Positions 38,573 through 47,073 of a DNA stretch of 64,000 nucleotides are shown here, in pieces. The stretch comes from Chloroflexota bacterium (GTDB taxonomy: Bacteria; Chloroflexota; Limnocylindria; P2-11E), in contig JACPOT010000011.1 of assembly GCA_016191385.1 (NCBI GenBank), forward strand, positions 7,351 to 71,350, read 5' to 3'. Positions within the stretch are counted from its first letter, which is position 1. Each line of letters opens with the position of its first letter. The position numbers and the translations under genes were made by a program. Below the pieces are notes generated by a model. The model ran no database searches. It worked only from the letters and a program-made list of their open reading frames with translations, and had not been told where the DNA came from.

Positions 38573-39309
38573 CGCGCCTCCCCGGCCTCTCGCTGTTGCT
38601 GCCGGCGTACAACGAGGAGGCGAACATCGCGGACGCTGTCGGCGCCGCCGTCGCTCTGCTGCCTCGCTTCACCGACGACCTCGAGGTCACCGTGGTCGAC
38701 GACGGGAGCGCCGATCGGACCGGGGCCATCGTCGATGCCATCGCGGCGTCGGATCCTCGGGTCCACGTCGTCCATCACCGGCCGAACCGCGGGTACGGCG
38801 GTGCGCTGCGCTCCGGCTTCGCCGCGTCGACGAAGCCATACCTCCTGCTCACCGACAGCGACCTGCAGTTCGACCTCGCCGATCTCGACCGTCTCCTCTC
38901 GCGCCTGGATCGCGCCGAGGTGGTGATCGGCTATCGCGAGAAGCGTGCGGACCCCGCGAAGCGCCGCTTCATCGCCTGGGTCTACAACCGGATCATCAAC
39001 GTGCTGTTCCTGGCGCCGTTCCGCGACGTCGACTGCGCCTTCAAGCTCTTCCGTCGCGACGTCTTCGAGCGTGTCCCGCTCTCGCGCGTGAGGTCCGACG
39101 GCGCGTTCTTCTCGCCCGAGCTCCTGCTGGTGCTGCGGTCAGCAGGGGTGCGCATCGCCCAGGTGCCGGTGCGGCATTTCCCGCGGCGCGCCGGCGAAGA
39201 AAAAGGGGCGACGCTGCGCGTCGTGGTCCGCGCGATGCGCGACCTGCTGCGGCTACGCCTTCGCTTGTGGCTCCGGCGTCCCGCCCTCGACGATGAGCAG
39301 CAGCCCTGA
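38569..39309 (+). CDS. GT2 glycosyltransferase, polyprenol-phosphate mannose synthase (Ppm1/DPM1-like)
   Basis: LSLLLPAYNEEANI, VVDDGSADRT, DSDLQFD are GT-A GT2 motifs. About 245 aa, typical of Ppm synthases. GTG overlaps the pitA stop. Confidence 0.8.
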   Translation: MTRLPGLSLLLPAYNEEANIADAVGAAVALLPRFTDDLEVTVVDDGSADRTGAIVDAIAASDPRVHVVHHRPNRGYGGALRSGFAASTKPYLLLTDSDLQFDLADLDRLLSRLDRAEVVIGYREKRADPAKRRFIAWVYNRIINVLFLAPFRDVDCAFKLFRRDVFERVPLSRVRSDGAFFSPELLLVLRSAGVRIAQVPVRHFPRRAGEEKGATLRVVVRAMRDLLRLRLRLWLRRPALDDEQQP

Positions 39310-39906
39310 CCCGACGCGGACCGTCGCGCCCTTGCGCGCTATCTCGTTGCTCACTCCGCGCGAGGACCCCAGGAGGAGCGTTCCGCCCGCGAGCGGATAG
39401 CGGAGCCCGTCGGTCGTGATCCCGCTGGCCTCGCCTCCGAGGGCCAGCAGCGTCACGACCCCGCCGGGATCCCCGTCGAGCGTCGCCGTTCCCCCGCCCC
39501 GCGTGACGCGCATCGACAGCGGACCCCGGACGAGGCGGATGGGGACGGCCGACCCCCGATCCAGGCCCAGCGCCAGGATGTTCGCGATGGCGTGATCCCC
39601 GCGCGACCCGCCCAGCGCGCCGAGGAGCACGATCTCCGTCGCGCCGCGCGCGACGGCGCGCTCGAGCGCGAGCTCGGTGTCGGTCTTGTCCTTCTCGGCG
39701 GGCCAGCGCTCCACGATCTTCGGGTCGAGCCGCGCGCGCCGCTCGGCCCCGAGCGAGTCGAGGTCACCCACCACGAGGTGCGGCTCGATCCCCCATCGCG
39801 CCAGCGTCTCGGTCCCGCCGTCCGCCGCGACGATGAGGTCGGCCGCGCGGACGTGCGCGAGGTCGTCGGGATCCACGTCCCCGTGCGCGACCACGACGGC
39901 CCTCAT
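39253..39906 (-). CDS. Thiamine pyrophosphokinase
   Basis: MRAVVVAHGD...IVAADGG...VVGDLDS are TPK catalytic-domain motifs. Start taken at the internal Met. Confidence 0.75.
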   Translation of the reverse strand: MRAVVVAHGDVDPDDLAHVRAADLIVAADGGTETLARWGIEPHLVVGDLDSLGAERRARLDPKIVERWPAEKDKTDTELALERAVARGATEIVLLGALGGSRGDHAIANILALGLDRGSAVPIRLVRGPLSMRVTRGGGTATLDGDPGGVVTLLALGGEASGITTDGLRYPLAGGTLLLGSSRGVSNEIARKGATVRVGSGLLLIVEGGTPEPQAKA

Positions 39907-39920
39907 CACGGGATAGGTGG

Positions 39921-40691
39921 ATGGCGTTGGGATGGCAGGCATCCGCCCATATCCTGCTGACCGTGCCCAGATATCTTGACCGCCCACAGGCTGACGCCGC
40001 CGATGCAGACCCGAACTTGGCGCTGCCCTACGGTCTCAGTGCTGCCGGGATCGTGGCCTCGATCAATGATCTCTACGCCTACCTCCACGCGCTCAACGCG
40101 GCGAGTATCGAGCACGGATACGACCGACTCGAAGACATCATGCTTCCGGCCGGATTCTCCGGACTCCTGTCCGAGCTCTTCGTTCGCGCCGTCGCTAAGC
40201 AGCATGGCCATTCGCAGCCCGGCATCGCACGCAATCAACGCCCGGGTGGTCGGCCCGATCTTGTGCCACGCGCGGTCTATCCCGGCGACTCCGTCCATCG
40301 TGGTGAGGAAGGGGTCGAAGTCAAAGCGAGCGGGAACGCGACATCGTGGCAAGGGCATAACCCCGAGACAGGCTGGCTGATGGTCGTTCAGGTCAAGATC
40401 GACCGCCTGACTTCGCCGGTGTACGACCGCGCTCCGACCGAGGTACTTCGGGTCCTCATCGCCAACCTGGTCGAGGCCGACTGGACCTACTCCGGGCGAA
40501 GCGCAGAGAGTCGCCGTACACCGACCGCGTCGATCAACCGTGCCGGGAGAGACAAGCTATCCGCTGGAACGATCTTCGAGAAAGGTCGGAGTCGGGGAGA
40601 GGCCCCTCCCGCTGATGTCGGTCCGCCCCGCGAACTGGAGGGTAGCGCCATCGATGCGCGAAAGGCCGTCGGAAGCTGGATCCGCCAGTGA
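39921..40691 (+). CDS. Putative PD-(D/E)xK restriction endonuclease (start uncertain)
   Basis: Candidate catalytic motif GRPD-LV...GVEVKASG (PD ... ExK). Convergent with the amino-MTase gene. Lower-GC island. Confidence 0.35.
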   Translation: MALGWQASAHILLTVPRYLDRPQADAADADPNLALPYGLSAAGIVASINDLYAYLHALNAASIEHGYDRLEDIMLPAGFSGLLSELFVRAVAKQHGHSQPGIARNQRPGGRPDLVPRAVYPGDSVHRGEEGVEVKASGNATSWQGHNPETGWLMVVQVKIDRLTSPVYDRAPTEVLRVLIANLVEADWTYSGRSAESRRTPTASINRAGRDKLSAGTIFEKGRSRGEAPPADVGPPRELEGSAIDARKAVGSWIRQ

Positions 40692-40946
40692 TCTTCGGAG
40701 TCAGCCGGAGGATGGCCTCGAGGCCTTTGTCGAGAGCTACCTCCTCTCGCGTCGGCCAGTGATCTCCGAGACCGACGATGAGTGGGATCGCTTCCGCGAG
40801 TTTCTGTCGGCACAGCTGAGTTCGGAGCATGGGAAACCCGAGGTTTTCATTATCGGCTCGGCGCTCATGGGCTCAGCCTCGCGCCAGACCGATACCCAAT
40901 GCCCTTCAGTGACAACTCAGACATCGACATAGGAGTTGACCCGAGC

Positions 40947-41909
40947 CTAGATGCTCCGCAAAGGTAATGGAGCCGAAAGGCCAGGGATCGCGGTCCGACC
41001 AAGCTCGTAGTAGGTCGGATCGATCTCTAGACCGATGCCTTCAACACCAAGAGCCTCGCAGGCCGCGAGCGTTGAGGCGCATCCTGCGAACGGATCCAAG
41101 ACGATGCCGTCGCCCCTTGGCAGCAAGCCTCGGACTAGCTTCCGTAGGAAGGCCTGGGGTTTGAGGCTCGGGTGCGGTGCGATCTCACGCTCGACATCCG
41201 GCGCGGTGCCGCTCTCGATCACGTCGAGGAATGGCGTGTCCTCCGAGACGCGCCGCAATCCTCCGGTGCCCCACTTGCGGAGGTTCTCGGCGAGAGTCTT
41301 CGTTTCGATCGGTTTCCGGTAGAGGCCCCAGGGTTCCCAACATGCGCGTGGCATCGAGCTGATCTCAGGAAACTCCTCCTCAGCGCCTTTCGGTCGGTCT
41401 CCCCCACGAAAAGTCCGCACCAGCCGCACGATCTCGCCGCGGCGCTCGAAGCCAGCCCTTTCCATTGCGCTCGCCACCAAGGGCGAGACGAGAGGATTCC
41501 CCGCGATCGCGACGTGCGCACCGGGACGGACGATCGGGTGCAGCAGACGTGCCCATCGCTCGAAGAAGATGACGATCCCCTCGCGATCGGTCTTCGTGAG
41601 GATCGTGAACCGCGGCAGAGGCCTGCGATTAGCACCGTCGAACGAAGGCGGGATCCGCCAGACGCCTCCGCGGCCAGCGCGGAGCTTTCGCTGCTGATCC
41701 GGCTGGTACTCGATAAGGCCGTAAGGGGGATCCGTGACGACTGCCGAGATGCTGTTCGGTCCAGCATGCGCAAGCCACTCGAAGCAGTCGGCGAGGACGA
41801 GCGTCTGATGACCGTGACGGAAGACCGCGAGTTCGCTCGGAGCCTCCGCACTCGCCTTCATAGGCTCTGGATGGTAGGTCTCGGAGGATGTGCCCTTTGC
41901 CCGGCCCAT
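40947..41909 (-). CDS. DNA amino-methyltransferase, beta class (N6-adenine or N4-cytosine)
   Basis: Motif IV VVTDPPYG precedes motif I VLDPFAGCAST (beta-group order). ParB-free stand-alone MTase. Lower GC than flanks. Confidence 0.8.
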   Translation of the reverse strand: MGRAKGTSSETYHPEPMKASAEAPSELAVFRHGHQTLVLADCFEWLAHAGPNSISAVVTDPPYGLIEYQPDQQRKLRAGRGGVWRIPPSFDGANRRPLPRFTILTKTDREGIVIFFERWARLLHPIVRPGAHVAIAGNPLVSPLVASAMERAGFERRGEIVRLVRTFRGGDRPKGAEEEFPEISSMPRACWEPWGLYRKPIETKTLAENLRKWGTGGLRRVSEDTPFLDVIESGTAPDVEREIAPHPSLKPQAFLRKLVRGLLPRGDGIVLDPFAGCASTLAACEALGVEGIGLEIDPTYYELGRTAIPGLSAPLPLRSI

Positions 41910-41939
41910 TTGCCATAAAGATATCTGATTGCTAGGCTC

Positions 41940-42173
41940 TTGGCAATCATTATGGCTAGGAAGCCGGGGACCCGAGGGCGCCTTACCGATGCGGTCCATG
42001 TCAAGCTCACTCCAGAACAAAGTGAGGCGCTCGAGGCAGCGGCGGTCGTTCGCGGCGTGAGCCCTCCGGAACTACTTCGCGTGGCTCTTGACCAGCTCCT
42101 CACTCGCCAAGAGAAGGAGCTCGCTCCGGTCCTGCGGTCGCTGCGGAGGGCCCGCACGCTCGTGCGTCGCTAG
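41940..42173 (+). CDS. Small ribbon-helix-helix-like DNA-binding protein (candidate RM controller)
   Basis: 77 aa, divergent from the MTase gene across an AT-rich spacer containing ATTGC-N11-GCAAT. VHVKLTPEQSEALEAAAVVRGVSPPELLRVAL resembles RHH/MobC-type folds. Weak call. Confidence 0.35.
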   Translation: MAIIMARKPGTRGRLTDAVHVKLTPEQSEALEAAAVVRGVSPPELLRVALDQLLTRQEKELAPVLRSLRRARTLVRR

Positions 42174-42199
42174 GGACCGCTGGGCTCCGCTCGGGTCAA

Positions 42200-43480
42200 C
42201 TAGCGGCGCTCCAGCCGCCAGATGTCCGCGTGCTTCTCGCGCTTCCGGATGAGGCGCGCGCGGCCGCGGTCCAGGAGGACGACGGCGGGCCGCGGGAAAT
42301 GGTTGTAGTTCGAGGCCATCGCGACGGCGTACGCGCCCGCGCCGGGCACGGCGAGCACCTCGCCCGCGCGCGGCGTCGGAAGCGCGACCGACCGGATGAG
42401 GAGATCGCCGCTCTCGCAGTAGCGTCCCGCGATCGCCACCTCCTCCTCCGGAGGCGCGGCGGCACGCTCCGCGAGCACTGCGGTGTACTCGGCGCCGTAC
42501 AGCGCGGGACGGATGTTGTCGCCCATCCCGCCGTCGACCGAGACGAAGGTCCGGACGCCGGCGACCCGCTTCGTCCCCACGACGCGATAGAGCGCGACGC
42601 CCGCGCGCCCCACCAGCGAGCGTCCCGGCTCGAGGTACAGCGTCGTCTTGCCGGCGTCGGCGCCACGCAGTGCGCTCCCGAGAGCGCTCGCGTAGGCGCA
42701 GAGGCCAAGGACGTGATCGCCGGCCCGCAGCGGGATCTTGAGGCCCCCTCCCGCGCCGATCTCGGTGATGCGGACACCGAGCGTCTCGCGCAGAGAGCGC
42801 GCGAAGCCGGCGAGCATCCCGGCGAGCTCGCGATAGCGCTCTGCCTCGTGGAGCTCGGTCCCGATGTGGGCGTGGATGCCGACCAGCCGAAGCCCGGGGG
42901 TCGCCGCGATCGCGCGCGCCTGCGCGAGAGCGTCGCCCGTCGCGAGCGGCGCGCCGAACTTGCTGTCGAGCGCGCCGGTGCGCAGGTGCGGATGCGTGTC
43001 GGCCGCGATCCCCGGCGATACGCGCAGCCACACGGCCTGTGTCGCGCGCCGCCGTCGCATCAGCCTGCCGAGCGCGGCGATCTCCTCGGCGCCGTCGATG
43101 ACGATGCGACCGACCTTCGCGCGGAGGGCACCCGCGAGCTCCTCCTCCGTCTTCGCGTTGCCGTGCAGCTGGATGCGCGTCGGGTCGTACCCGCTCCGGC
43201 GCGCGGCGAGGACCTCCCCGAGAGATGCGGCGCTGGCGTCGGCGCCCTCGCCCGCCAGCAGTCCCGCCACGCCGAGCAGGGGGCAGGACTTGAGCGCGTA
43301 CGAGATGCGCACCGGGCGGAACGGCCGGTACGCCCGGACGTAGTCGCGATAGGCCGCGCGGATCGTCGCGGCGTCGTACGCGTAGAGGGGCGTGCCGTGG
43401 CGTTCGGCGAGGCGCGCGAGGTCCAGGGAGCCGACGCGCAGGCGTCCCGCGGGGTCGACGGCCGTCGCCAGCGGCCACAC
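42200..43480 (-). CDS. lysA: Diaminopimelate decarboxylase
   Basis: PLP-dependent fold III: YALKSC, HAHIGT, EPGRSLVG, CESGD motifs. Confidence 0.9.
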   Translation of the reverse strand: MWPLATAVDPAGRLRVGSLDLARLAERHGTPLYAYDAATIRAAYRDYVRAYRPFRPVRISYALKSCPLLGVAGLLAGEGADASAASLGEVLAARRSGYDPTRIQLHGNAKTEEELAGALRAKVGRIVIDGAEEIAALGRLMRRRRATQAVWLRVSPGIAADTHPHLRTGALDSKFGAPLATGDALAQARAIAATPGLRLVGIHAHIGTELHEAERYRELAGMLAGFARSLRETLGVRITEIGAGGGLKIPLRAGDHVLGLCAYASALGSALRGADAGKTTLYLEPGRSLVGRAGVALYRVVGTKRVAGVRTFVSVDGGMGDNIRPALYGAEYTAVLAERAAAPPEEEVAIAGRYCESGDLLIRSVALPTPRAGEVLAVPGAGAYAVAMASNYNHFPRPAVVLLDRGRARLIRKREKHADIWRLERR

Positions 43481-43503
43481 CCCGCTGGGGTCGCGAGGTC
43501 GGG

Positions 43504-44016
43504 CTATGCGGACGTTCGCGGCGGCGCCGGAGGCTCGTCAGTGAGGCCGTCGATGAACTGCTTGAAGACGGCCAGCTCGCCGACGTCCTCGTCCGAGCCT
43601 TCGGGGGCGATCGAGGACCGGTCGAAGACCTCGCCCGATACGAGGATGCGCGCGTCGGTCCGGACCGCGAGCGCGATCGCGTCGGAGGCGCGCGAATCTA
43701 TCTCGAGCTCGCGCTCGCCGCTCTGGAGGAAGACGCTCCCGTGGAAGACGCCGCTCCCGTTCCCGTCCTCGACCAGGTCCTTCACGACGACGCGCGTCAC
43801 TTCGACGCCGAGCTTGCCCAGCATCTCGCTGATGAGGTCGTGGGTGAGCGGCCTTTCGCTCTTGAGGCCCGCGATGCGCACGGCGATGCTGTGCGCCTGG
43901 TCGGGACCGATCCAGATGGGGACGATGCGCTCCGATCCGCTCGCTTGGAGGAACACGACGTGCTGCCCGGTGAGGACATGCACCCGCACTGATTCCACGA
44001 CGCACGGGATGAACAT
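43504..44016 (-). CDS. Bifunctional nuclease domain (DUF151) protein
   Basis: VHVLTGQHVVFLQ...IWIGPDQAHSIA matches the BFN/DUF151 family. Confidence 0.65.
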   Translation of the reverse strand: MFIPCVVESVRVHVLTGQHVVFLQASGSERIVPIWIGPDQAHSIAVRIAGLKSERPLTHDLISEMLGKLGVEVTRVVVKDLVEDGNGSGVFHGSVFLQSGERELEIDSRASDAIALAVRTDARILVSGEVFDRSSIAPEGSDEDVGELAVFKQFIDGLTDEPPAPPRTSA

Positions 44017-44034
44017 CTCTCGCGAGCGAGGGTA

Positions 44035-44676
44035 TCACCGGCGGCCCGCTCCGAACGCCCGCGCGAGGAGGATCCCGCTCGCGAACCCGAACACGTGCGC
44101 CGCGTAGGCGACGGTCGCCGTCGCGCTGTATTGCGTGATGCGCATCGCGCTGAGCCCCGAGATCACCTGGATCACGATCCATTCGCCGATCACGACGACG
44201 GCCGGCAGCGTCACGACGGTGATGAAGATGCCGAGGAAGATGAGCGTGCGGATCTTGGCTCCCGGCGAGACGACCACGTACGCCCCGAGAACAGCGGCGA
44301 TGGCACCGGAGGCACCGACCATCGGGCCTGGGCTCACGAGACCTTGCCCGACCGCCGCGATCGCGCCGGCGAGGAGGTAGAAGACGAGGAAGCGTCCCCG
44401 TCCCATCCGGTCTTCGACGTTGTCGCCGAAGATCCAGAGGTAGAGCAGGTTCCCGAGCAGGTGCAGCCAGCCCGCGTGCACGAACTGGTGCGACAGCAGC
44501 GTGACGACCGTGGGGGTGGCGAGGTCGAACGACCAGCGGTCGTAGAACGCGCTGACCGCGGACGGGTCGCCCGCAAACGTGAGCACGTAGATCCACACGA
44601 GGGCGTTGGCGGCGATGAGGAGCCGCGTGACGACCGGCGGCCGCCGCGGCCGCTCGAGGTCGTTAAGGGGGATCAC
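44035..44676 (-). CDS. Rhomboid family intramembrane serine protease
   Basis: GWLHLLGNLLYLWIFG, catalytic GASGAI, downstream His in a TM helix. Confidence 0.85.
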   Translation of the reverse strand: MIPLNDLERPRRPPVVTRLLIAANALVWIYVLTFAGDPSAVSAFYDRWSFDLATPTVVTLLSHQFVHAGWLHLLGNLLYLWIFGDNVEDRMGRGRFLVFYLLAGAIAAVGQGLVSPGPMVGASGAIAAVLGAYVVVSPGAKIRTLIFLGIFITVVTLPAVVVIGEWIVIQVISGLSAMRITQYSATATVAYAAHVFGFASGILLARAFGAGRR

Positions 44677-44698
44677 GAGCGAAGGGCAGGCAGCGGGA

Positions 44699-46762
44699 TC
44701 AACGCGTCAGGTCGGTGGTCGAGACCTTCGCGCCGTGCACGGTGTAGGCGAGCCGCTGGCCCTCGGAGACGAAGAACGCCGTCGGCGGCGCCAGCCGCTC
44801 GGGCAAAGCGAATCGCGCGACCTCGCGGCCGTCACGGGTCACCTGCACGAGGATCCGCGCCGGAGCGTCGACGAGCCACAGCGACCGCTGCGACTCGAGG
44901 GCCTGGATGTGCGTGGGGCGGAGCGGCGTGCCGATCCACTGGATCGTCAGCGGCAGGCGCGTGAGGACGCGGTCGGTCCCCTGGCGGCGGTATCGCTGCA
45001 GCTCGCCACCGGCCAGGATCCAGATGTCGCCATCCACCGCGAGCCCGCGCGCGGAGTCGGCGGTCAGCGGCTGCGGGAGGAAGGCGACCGGGCCGGCGAG
45101 CTTCCCGGAGAAGTCCTCCTCGTAGCGCCAGAGCTGCCCGCTCGCGCCGTCGAGGACGTAGACGTTCCCGGCGAAGGTCGCGAGGTCCGTCGCGCTCTTC
45201 CACGTGTCGGTCTTCGGTATGGCGACCTCCTTCACCGTGTTGCCTTCGGCCTTCCACAGCTTTCGCGCGTCATCGAGCGTCAGGAGCGCGGCGTCCACGG
45301 ATGTGACCGCGACGGGTGTGCCGATGGCCAGGCCCCCTCCCCGCTGTAGCACGACGCCGGTCTGAAGGGGATCGCCGAAGATCCGCCACAGGCGGCCGGC
45401 CCCGGGGTCCGCGGCATACAACCCGTTCACGGTCTGCGTGAGGTCGACGGGCGCCGCGCCGGAGGCCACCTTCGACAGGTCGATGATGACGCCGCTCAGC
45501 TTGTCCTCGATCCCCGCGATCTCATCGCGCAGCTGCGCGAGGCGCGTGGCATCCGCGCCCGGGAACGACGCGGCCACGGCCAGCCGCTGGCGCGCCGCAT
45601 CCACCTTCTGCCACGCGCGGTCCGTGTCGTTGCGCGACGCGAAGCTGCGTGCCGAGGCCATGTCGGTCTCGACATCGATGACCGCGAGCCGGTAGTCGTT
45701 GACGACCTGGTTCGCTTCGTAGTCACGCACGACGGCGTAGCCGATCCCGCCGACGACGAGGAGCAGGAGCACCGCGAGCAGGGAGGTCAGGCGCTGCGCC
45801 CGCCGGGTGCGCAGCCGCGCGCTCTCGGGGCGCCGGGGAAGCGCGGCGTGCTTCCGCGGCATCAGCTCGAGCCCGACCCCGACGACGCGCGTCAGGAGGG
45901 CCGTCAACGGCCGCGTGATCGCCGCGAGCATGCGGCCCGGCCGCGGGAGGACGCGCACGACCGTGTCGGCCCGTGAGCGGATGCTCTCCGCGATCACGAC
46001 CTCCGCGGGCGGCGGCGACACGTCGGGTCCGCCGCCCAGGCGCGCGGCGGCTCCGGCCGCGGGGACGACCTCGATGAACACGGAGGCGGTGCTCCCCGTG
46101 ATGCCTTCGGCCACGGCGCGGTCGCGAACGTGCCGGGCCGCGGCCCGCGGGTGCAGCGTGATGGCCGCGTTCTTGAGCGCCTCGGCGCCGATCGTCTCCA
46201 CCAGGCTCCCCGCGGCCAGGACGATCGTGTCGCCCGCTTCGACGATCTGCCGCCACACCTCGGGGAGCAGATCCGTCTCCGCGCCGACCGACGCCGCTTC
46301 GCGTGTCGTCGTGCGGTGCACGAAGTCCGCGAGCTCGCCCGGCTCGTCTCCCGGTAGGAAGAGCCGGGCATGGCGCACGAGGAAGACCTGCGCGCTGCCG
46401 ATGCGCGCGGCGTAGACCTCGTTGTTCACGACGACCGCGCACGCGAGGTGAAGGTGCAAGCGCCCGCGCTGTTCGCGGATCAACTGCGCCGCGCGCCGGT
46501 TCGCTTTGCGCAGCGCGCGACGGAGCCCGACCTCGACCCCGGCGGACAGGTCGTAGTAGTACTCGTGGCGGACGATCTCGGCGATCTCGCCGGCGATCTC
46601 GCTCGCGCCGCGTGACGGCGGGTCGATCTCGCAGACCAGGTAGAACCGGCCACGCGTCCGGAGCGTGGCTCCGGTCTCGGGCTCATGGGTGATCACGACG
46701 TCGCGGCCGTCCGTCGACGTACCGATGGTGCCGACCGTCGTCACGAAGCTGGCGGTCCGCAT
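44699..46762 (-). CDS. Membrane protein with N-terminal cytoplasmic PP2C-like domain, single TM and large extracytoplasmic C-terminal domain
   Basis: N-terminal region resembles a PPM fold (GRFYLVCEID...VVNNEVYAARIGSAQVFLVRHARLF). TM LTSLLAVLLLLVVGGIGYAVV. 340-aa C-terminal domain without motifs. Start taken at the Met after the low-complexity leader. Confidence 0.45.
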   Translation of the reverse strand: MRTASFVTTVGTIGTSTDGRDVVITHEPETGATLRTRGRFYLVCEIDPPSRGASEIAGEIAEIVRHEYYYDLSAGVEVGLRRALRKANRRAAQLIREQRGRLHLHLACAVVVNNEVYAARIGSAQVFLVRHARLFLPGDEPGELADFVHRTTTREAASVGAETDLLPEVWRQIVEAGDTIVLAAGSLVETIGAEALKNAAITLHPRAAARHVRDRAVAEGITGSTASVFIEVVPAAGAAARLGGGPDVSPPPAEVVIAESIRSRADTVVRVLPRPGRMLAAITRPLTALLTRVVGVGLELMPRKHAALPRRPESARLRTRRAQRLTSLLAVLLLLVVGGIGYAVVRDYEANQVVNDYRLAVIDVETDMASARSFASRNDTDRAWQKVDAARQRLAVAASFPGADATRLAQLRDEIAGIEDKLSGVIIDLSKVASGAAPVDLTQTVNGLYAADPGAGRLWRIFGDPLQTGVVLQRGGGLAIGTPVAVTSVDAALLTLDDARKLWKAEGNTVKEVAIPKTDTWKSATDLATFAGNVYVLDGASGQLWRYEEDFSGKLAGPVAFLPQPLTADSARGLAVDGDIWILAGGELQRYRRQGTDRVLTRLPLTIQWIGTPLRPTHIQALESQRSLWLVDAPARILVQVTRDGREVARFALPERLAPPTAFFVSEGQRLAYTVHGAKVSTTDLTR

Positions 46763-46773
46763 GGGGTCGGAGT

Positions 46774-47073
46774 CTAGGAGCGCACCGTGACGACGCTCCG
46801 GATCGACGCGATCTTCGCGCGCGGCGCGAGGACCGCTATCCGCTCCCGGAGGTCGGCCGACCGAAGGCGGATCTCCGCGGCCCACGCCCCATCGGGCACC
46901 GACACCACGAGTGTGTCCCCGTCGACCGCGATCGCCCGCGTGCGCTCTCCATCCGGGCCGAGAACGCCGGCGGCCGCGGCCGGCCAGACGTCGATCGCGC
47001 TCGCGCGTGCCACCTCGGTCGCGAGACCGAGCCCGCGGAGCACGCGGTCGACGGCGCGCGAGATCGGCTTCAT
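46774..47073 (-). CDS. dciA: DUF721 protein (DciA-like, recF-associated)
   Basis: 99 aa, start overlaps the recF stop (ATGA on minus strand). Conserved recF-downstream position in Actinobacteria. Confidence 0.65.
   Translation of the reverse strand: MKPISRAVDRVLRGLGLATEVARASAIDVWPAAAAGVLGPDGERTRAIAVDGDTLVVSVPDGAWAAEIRLRSADLRERIAVLAPRAKIASIRSVVTVRS

Noticed and set aside
39976-40932. Overlapping + strand ORFs 39976..40380 and 40540..40932 as separate genes.
   Set aside because: They overlap the preferred 39921..40691 nuclease-candidate frame. Kept only as a possible frameshifted continuation (see finding), not called as independent CDS.
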